Source: Phoronis australis
Taxonomy: Eukaryota > Animalia > Phoronida
Reading direction: 5' to 3'
Assembly: GCA_002633005.1 (NCBI GenBank)
Contig: NMRA01001172.1
Span: 1 to 43,079 of the forward strand
DNA length: 43,079 nucleotides
Shown: positions 36,501 to 43,079 of the stretch, piece after piece
Position numbering within the stretch: position 1 is the first letter of the stretch
How the letters are laid out: the number at the start of each line of letters is the position of its first letter
The notes under the pieces: model-generated
Databases searched by the model: none
What the model was told of the DNA's origin: nothing
Seen by the model: only the letters and a program-made list of their open reading frames with translations
Program-made: the position numbers and the translations under genes

Positions 36501-39500
36501 AAGAACTTCACGCCATCCTTGTACCATTCTATAACTGTAACCTCCCCGCCTGACATCAAAGTATACTGACACAACAAGGTCAGGTTAGATCCTATCTTCG
36601 CATACACAGGTGAATTATTTACAATATTCACGTTGTTCTCTTGGCTGGAGACGAGCAAGCCTGGAAGTACAAGTAACAGTTGCTCTAACTAACATAAAAC
36701 AGCGTGTTATTTAATGGGCAGAGATATCCAAACTAAGCAAATTTTCTCAAAACTCATTCTAATTTCTGCATAACTGCCACACCTTGATATCTTTTTAGTG
36801 ACATTCCAAGTGAAATTTTGGAAAGTTCTTCAAAAAATTACCTATCATTTTTAATAGGGTAAATGACAAGTTATATATCGTATCAATACAGACATATTAA
36901 GATAATGGTCTCAGTGGGACTGTGCTTATATGCGAAACTTAGGTGCATGCGCTAATATTTGAATCACTTGAGTAAAAAGGCTGCGAAAAAGGCATTAATT
37001 TGGATATAGGGCCTTGGGTTCAAATGCGCGGCAAATTGTAAGGCAAAACTTATTTACCAGTTTCTTGAAAATAGACCAAGGAAATCCAACTATACAGAGG
37101 TATTTTGGTTCCAAAGTATTTTTCGAAATTAGCTTTTTCTCTTGAAATTTGGTGTATCAAGGCACTCAAATGTCTGAAGTTTTGGCACATAACATGTTTT
37201 TCAGCAGTTTCTGAATAAAAAAATGAAAAAATTGTGTTCTAGACGAAATTTTTCAATTCGACTTTTATCAAAATTATCTTTATTTCAGTTTGAAGTTGAT
37301 TTTGAAACAGTTATGATCATACTTGGACTAAGCTGAAATTTGGAAGAACCAATTATTTTCATTAGTTTTCTCATAATTTACAAACCAAATGGCACTTCTC
37401 CGTCTGCTACGTTTTGGGTATGAAAAATTGGGTTTAGAAAAAATGCAAGATACTCTGTAATAAGATGGAAAAAAATCAACAAAATTTGAAAATTATTGAA
37501 TTATAATTGTTTGGATAAAATTATCCCAAAAAGACATGTCGCGAACGGAAAATTCTGTTACAGGTGGATTTTCTGCAAGTGCATTTATGCGCTTATCTTC
37601 TTTAAAACGGTATTTTTCTTTTTCCAACTTATGTTTGACTGCAAACTGATCATACTAAATGTTAATCAATGAACAAGATTCATGGATAGTTTGAACAGTG
37701 AAATTCGGTATAAATACAACATTTCTGTAACATTTTCAGTACAAAATTTTAAGTATTAAAAATAATTTAGGCTTCCTAAATAATGCCTTGAACAAACACT
37801 GGATTTTCCATTTTCGTTTTGCATATTGGAAGTGAGATATTGAACAAAAGTTGAATTTTCCATTTGCATTTTGCAAACGGATTATTGAACAAACGTTGGA
37901 TTTAAAATTCTTTTTTATTTATTGAAAATTGAATTAACAGAGCAAACGGTGGTTGTGTTTTCAAGGTACAATTACATTTTGATGGAAACAGGAGCATGCG
38001 CCCTATTTATTCTCCTGATGTTCATCCAAATGAAAAAAACAACTTACTTATGTGATGACTAATTTTTGTGGAAACACAGAATTTAGCTAAGAAACATTTG
38101 TAGGTAATAACTTAGAAAATATGCATAGGAATGTTTGGAGTTTGTATCGCTTAAAGTAGTGCAAGGTGTGAACAAGTCGAAACTGAATTTTAAACGCATC
38201 TATATACGATTATTCAACAGTTGCAATGGCGTGGTTAATGAATGAATATATCAATGGATACTTACTTGGACTGAAAATTACGCATAAGAATGTTAGAACA
38301 GACAACGGATCCATTTTAAATTCTCCAGTACGGTGACCTAGTTATGGTATGTCACCGCGTCGGTTGTGTTGTGAAAGTGCAACCCCGATTTAACCGGCGA
38401 GCGTGCTAACCATTCAGCTAATAGCCCGTTAGCGAGTGGCTAACAGAGGATAATGTAAGGTGCGACTACAGGCACGATCTTTAAGAGTGTGTAACCAGCA
38501 CGAACTTGGTTGCATCTCCAAATTTACATTGCGTGCGATACTGGAAGGAGGAGGGCCAGATACTATACCGGTGCCTACCCTCTGACGTCACCAACAGAAA
38601 CAGAAACAGAAACGAATCCGCTACTAGAATAAAATTTGAAACGTTTGCTCGAGTCAATGGCGACTTCCAATGTTCTTGCAGCATGTTTATTGGCATATCA
38701 CGGTTCAGAATATTTAAAAAGACAAGCACTGTTTATTCTGCTAATTCAATTTTCGATAAATAAAAGGAGAATTTTAAATCTAGCGTTTATTCTTTAACCC
38801 GCAAATTGAAAATTCAACTTATATTCAATATCACACTTTTAATATGCAAAACGAAAATGGAAATACAGTGTTTGTTCAAGGCATTACTTATTAAATCTCC
38901 CTTATTTTTCATATTTCAAATTTTGTAATGAAAATGTTACAGTCATGTTGCATTTATACCAAAACAGTATGATTTACATTTAGTGTGCCCAGTTTGCAGT
39001 CAAATATGAGCTGGAAAAAGAAAAGACTTTTTTAAAGGAAGATTAAGCGCATAAATGCTGTTACAGAAATTCCATCTTTGACTGAATTTTCCATTCGCAA
39101 CATGTTTTTTTATTCATTTCATCCAAACAATATAATTCAATAATGCTACGTGCTTTAGGCTGGCGGTGTATGACTGTTGTATGTGCATCAAACAGCCGTG
39201 TACTCACTGCATTCATACAGTGGAATCTTAAGGTACAGTTACATTTTTAATGGAAACAGGAGCATGCGTTTATATTTCCTGATATTCATCCAAGTGAAAA
39301 TAGCAACTGAACAATTTTTGTGGTAACACTGAATTCAGCTAAGAAACATTTGTAGATAATCATTTAGAAAATTTTTACGGGACTGTTCGGAGCTTGTATT
39401 GCTTAAAATAGAGCAGATATGAAGTTTGCAGTACACCGATACATATCTACCACAAAGTGTCTGAATAATAAACTGAAGTTCATTTGCTGGTTGCCAATAA

Positions 39501-42500
39501 GTGATTTTTTCATGAACCCAATTACAACCAGGAAAATTTATTTCCAGCTTTCAGCCAACTGCAAAGCCCATTAAACGTTAAAATTTTAAGACACTTTTGT
39601 CACTGAAAAAGGACAATTGACTAGGGTATACCTATGGCCGTTATCAGGAAATGAGTCACGGTCGTTCTGTGCTCATGTAGGTTGGAAGATTCACACATCT
39701 CAACCTCCGCCATGTAGCAGAAAATTTAAGTTTTTGGTAGATTTCAAATGATGGGTGTGGCATGAAAAGCAAACTAGTAGACATTTGAACATCAAATACC
39801 GGAGTCGAACAATGGCAAATTGGTCAAGCACTGACTAAATTGGAGCATATCTGATGTCAGTCAATAACACAAGGTATGCCAAGCCGAAGCGCTAGTGATC
39901 TAAATTAGATCACCACAAACTTGCCAAATATAGTGAAACAAATGCTTCTCTTAAGCGCGTGAACGTACGACACAGAACTTATAACACAAAAAATGAAAAT
40001 TCAATGTCACTCAGGAACAGAGGCTGGGGTTGTGACACAGACGTAAAGAATTCTTCCGTTAATATGGACACCATGACGTCATCCAAGGTGTGAACAAATC
40101 GAAACAGGATTTTAAACGCATTTGTGAATATTCAACCGTAGCTATGGCGTCGTTGAGGAATAAATATATCAATCGATACTTACTTGAACAGAAAATTACG
40201 CATAAAAACGTTAGAACAGACAAATGATCCATGTTAAATTCTCCAGCAAGTTGACCTAATCATGGTATGTCGCCGCGTCGGTTGATTTAAGCCATGGTCA
40301 ATGCCTGAGCTTTATCGCACCTGTATCATCAACATCTGTGTGTTTTTGTTTGTTTCTTTTTACCGCGGCATTGATTGAACGCTTTGTGTGCATAACGTAT
40401 TGTCTGTCCCGTTAGGAAAACGGTTACACTGAAACTGAAATTCATGAAATCTTCATGTGTAACTTGACTACTTTCGCCGCAGTAGTCAGTGACGGATTTA
40501 TATGGGAGTATGAACCTAAGGGACACCGCGCCGACTGAGACAGGGCTAAAACCTGAATGTCCCGCGCCCGGCCACTTCAGGGAGGAAGCTCATAATCTGT
40601 CGGGATCCGTGAAATTTAAAAAGGCGGCTGTCACGGGGAACCACTCAATCCGTTCTTGGGTCTGTGGCCGAATGAGCCGGGAGCTCCGGATCCTGTGCCA
40701 ATGCGTGCAGAAAAAGCAACGCTTTCGAATCCGCTACTAGAATAAAATTTGAAACGTTTGTTTGATTCAGTGGTGGCTTCCAATGTTCTTGCTGCATGGT
40801 TACTAGCATATCACATTCAGAATATTAAAAGACACCTGTATGAAAGCAGTAGCTACACGGCTGTCTGTTACACATACAGCAGTCACAGAACGCCAGCCTA
40901 AAGCACTTAGCATAGGTGAACGAGGTACGAACATCTGACCAGCTGGAGAACTCAGAGTGTATCTCCGTACGTACAGAAATGGGTGCCGTGCCGGTGTCTG
41001 CATTCTGGGTTTGATCCCTAGGTACATGTGCCTTACAGACGAAATAAAAGTTAGCTAGATTTGACATTCGAAATACCGCGGCGACCAAAACGAACAGTCG
41101 TACGCAATTGCATTAACACCAAATGACCCATGACAGGCAAATTGCGGCCTGCAAAGAGTCCCCAAGATATCCAAAACCGACCTCCAAAAATGTGCCAGCT
41201 CAAAAATTGGAACATTCGAGGTACCAAAAAACAATTACATATGCTTCAACACAGGCGACGGACAATTCAAATTACGGTGGCCCAAAGCTGACGTACATAA
41301 ATCGCTTTTCACCGAAGAGAAGAAGTTTTCTCCTCGGAAAAAACTTCTTTCCAATGAAAAACCTTTCCATCGCGGAGAACCTTCTCCGCGGAAAAAGGTC
41401 TCTGTGGAAAAGAAAACATTTCTCCGTGGAAAAAAATTCTTCTCTGCGAAAATCTTTCAGCTGCGGAGAAAATTTTTCTCAGCGTATAGAATTTTTTTTT
41501 CCTCGCTAGAAAAGTTTTCTCCGTGGAGAAAAGTGATTTTTTCGTACTGTTATTTTTTTCAAATCAGCTTTGGGTCTCCGTATAAATTGTCTGTGACAGA
41601 CAAGGTACACTCTCGGCTGTGCCTGCCAGTAGTTTAAAGGATCTAATTTTTTTCGGACTTGTCGAATCCGTTTGACTCCTGAGCATGTAACATAGTGGGC
41701 TACAAGTTTGTTTAGTATTTTTTTACGGCCAGGTGGAGCAATGCGCAGTCAATCTTAACATTGGACATCAACCTTTTCTGACATAAATAATAGGAAAGCT
41801 GAATTGGAACCATCTCTCAAATAGCTGACACACAAGAACTTAGTTCCTGAAAACGTCAGCCACGACAGAGATTGGCCTTTTGATTTAATATTGTGAAAAT
41901 ATTATTTAAAGTTATTATCTTAGCTGTTTGTCAATCCCAGAATTGAGATCAACATTTTCTCAACATGCTAAATCACATATCGCTAAAATTTTCCTTTGAA
42001 TCACTATTTTAAATTTCAATTGTATTAGAATCTAAATCCAATGCTAATTATTCACGACAAAAGTAAGCGAAAAAAGCAATTTTAGTGGGTCAATGATTTA
42101 CTACGCTCTTGTAAGGCAAAACTTATTTACCAAGGAAATCCAACAATACGGAGGTATTTTGCCCTCCAAAGTATTTTTCAAAATTAGCTTTTGCTCTTGA
42201 AATTTCTTCTTCCAGTTATGTTTAATGTTCCTAGCCTATGATAGATGGCGCTAGTGTTAAGGTCTTGCTACACCATCATGTAATAAACATTGTCTGACTA
42301 GCATCAAACAAATGTATACAGGCTGTAATGTAATGTCATCAATACTGTTAAGCAAACATTGCAATCAGGAGAACTGGAAAAATACACATCAACCAGTTTT
42401 GGAGTAACACATCTGCAAATTTTTATAACAAAGAATCCTTCACGCAGTTCGGAGGACAGAATGCGATATTTCAAAAATGGACTTGAAAATGTTAATAAAA

Positions 42501-42956
42501 GTGGCCATTAGGTGGTGCAGAATCGGTGGATTTTATCCTCAACTAATGAATAGAAACATGCTTGCCGGATTTTGTGAAGATCCGTCACATATGCATAAGT
42601 GGGAGTATAGAAATGGCCACAAGGGGGTGCAGCAGAAGACCGAGTGGTGGGGAAACTGGTATTCTGTCTTATCATCTAAGGAATACAACATGCCGAGAAA
42701 GAAATGACGGTAATGGTCCAACCACACATATATGTGACGCATAAAAATGAACAATTAACCATGTTTTGCAGCACATCCTTCTTGCAATAAACTGGTGGCA
42801 CTCCTATGATATGAAAAATCTCCAACCCTTGATGCACCTTGCACTTACCTTCAGCTATAGTCACTTTGACATCCCGCCTCCCTTCGTGTTTCGTTCCGTT
42901 TATATAATTCGTAGCCACACAAGTGTATGTGCCCGAATCTGTTGGTTTTGCTTTGT
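27180..42956 (-). CDS. Ig-superfamily type I transmembrane receptor with cytoplasmic SAM domain and multi-YxxL/I tail, 5'-partial; exons 42956-42849, 36660-36241, 35722-35381, 35194-34775, 34281-33940, 33111-33070, 32456-32330, 31470-31371, 28190(or 28156)-28031, 27583-27180
   Basis: All exons are bounded by AG/GT and join in frame (about 820 aa). Ig domains have the canonical Cys, Trp and DxGxYxC pattern. One hydrophobic TM is followed by KRR. The SAM motif VREFLERLGFERYVPIFQRELITSNILAKLTLEDL..LG|IPLGPSKRMMEKI is followed by a Tyr-rich tail. The 31371-to-SAM junction and the membership of the 42.9-kb exon are the least certain parts. Confidence 0.8.
28031..28190 (-). CDS. SAM domain exon (helices 1-4)
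   Basis: V.EFL..LG...Y...F....I....L..LT.EDL..LG pattern; donor G|gtaggg. Acceptor is either tttacag| at 28190 (phase 0) or tctgtag| at 28156 (phase 1, which would need another exon). Confidence 0.8.
31371..31470 (-). CDS. Juxtamembrane cytoplasmic exon (NRGSAYAGSGNKNSASTVHYKARADDVGSSNGN)
   Basis: Pyrimidine-rich acceptor ...ttccgtag|, |gtgagc donor, 100 nt, phase 2-0, matches the TM exon phase. Confidence 0.7.
32330..32456 (-). CDS. Transmembrane exon (GLIVGVSVGSFLLVLAVVIVVCVIKRRPCP)
   Basis: About 23-aa hydrophobic stretch + basic stop-transfer; ttttcag| and |gtaagt, phase 1-2. Confidence 0.9.
33070..33111 (-). CDS. Short Ser/Thr-rich stalk exon (ENADSTSESTTSIT)
   Basis: cttag| acceptor, |gtatgg donor, 42 nt, phase 1-1, mucin-like composition just before the TM. 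Confidence 0.65.
33940..34281 (-). CDS. Ig C2-type domain exon, copy 2
   Basis: Paralogue of 35381-35722, 342 nt, phase 1-1, open frame. Confidence 0.92.
34775..35194 (-). CDS. Ig V-type domain exon, copy 2
   Basis: Paralogue of 36241-36660, 420 nt, phase 1-1, open frame. Confidence 0.92.
35381..35722 (-). CDS. Ig C2-type (CD80/Beat-like) domain exon, copy 1
   Basis: PEDPTV..GDTIVMTCTGNLGSPPGMLSW..DDGAVFRC; 342 nt, phase 1-1. Confidence 0.92.
36241..36660 (-). CDS. Ig V-type domain exon, copy 1
   Basis: LTLLCQY..IEWYKDG..DKGKYKCEI; 420 nt, phase 1-1, ttccag| and |gtaagt. Confidence 0.92.
37148..40327. repeat. Cluster of the dispersed repeat family: direct copies at about 37148-38365 and 39230-40327, inverted copy at about 38727-39143
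   Basis: Shared blocks such as ggaaacaggagcatg, gatacttacttg.actgaaaattacgcataa and atggtatgtc.ccgcgtcggtt; 38727-39143 is the reverse complement of about 37492-37951. Confidence 0.85.
38366..38427 (-). mobile_element. Possible tRNA-derived SINE head fragment
   Basis: TAGCTGAATGGTTAGCACGCTCGCC (A box/D arm); B box degenerate; sits at the break point of the dispersed repeat. Confidence 0.4.
41273..41582. mobile_element. MITE with TACGG...CCGTA termini (IS3EU-like) and internal palindromic repeats
   Basis: TIR TACGG(TGG/AGA)CCCAAAGCTGA; interior is an array of TTTTCTCC-NN-GGAGAAAA-like units; TSD degenerate. Confidence 0.7.
42849..42956 (-). CDS. Ig-domain C-terminal half exon (KAKPTDSGTYTCVATNYING...VKVTIAE)
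   Basis: DSGTYTC motif; ttttgcag| acceptor, |gtaagt donor, 108 nt, phase 1-1. Confidence 0.85.
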
Positions 42957-43079
42957 CTGCAAAAAAACAACACATATGCGATGATTTTTATTACAGTACT
43001 CCCCAACATAAATCAGAGTACAACTTTTTAAGACATTTTAGAAAAATTACCAACCAAAGAAAAACCGTAAAGCAACGCA

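Larger units (their letters stand above)
33940..36785 (-). repeat. About 1.45-kb tandem duplication of the V-C2 exon pair including introns
   Basis: Offsets 1441-1466 nt; introns also alignable. Confidence 0.95.

Noticed and set aside
41123-41637. K/F-rich ORFs, or a CRISPR-like palindromic array
   Set aside because: Degenerate repeats without unique spacers, inside a MITE in an animal genome.

Overview
Eukaryotic (animal, most likely a marine invertebrate) genomic DNA: AT-rich, intron-containing and dense in transposon debris, with one 328-N gap. Two convergent spliced genes can be rebuilt by hand. (1) + strand, 6323-16083: an SLC22 (organic cation/anion transporter family) gene, 8 exons seen, first exon not found in the window. 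It has a GC-AG intron and a neutral Ser at the TM11 charge-selectivity position. (2) - strand, 42956-27180, 5'-partial: a type I transmembrane Ig-superfamily receptor. Its order is [Ig]-V-C2-V-C2 (tandemly duplicated cassette), S/T stalk, TM, cytoplasmic SAM domain, then a tail of three 22-aa repeats carrying paired YxxL/I (ITAM-like) motifs. This architecture is the most interesting item and is a candidate invertebrate immune or allorecognition receptor. The rest is nested DNA transposons (Kolobok-, ISL2EU-, P/MULE-, Harbinger- and IS3EU-like; three THAP remnants), a palindromic MITE, tRNA-derived SINE heads, a dispersed repeat family and microsatellites. All calls come from reading the sequence; no searches were run.
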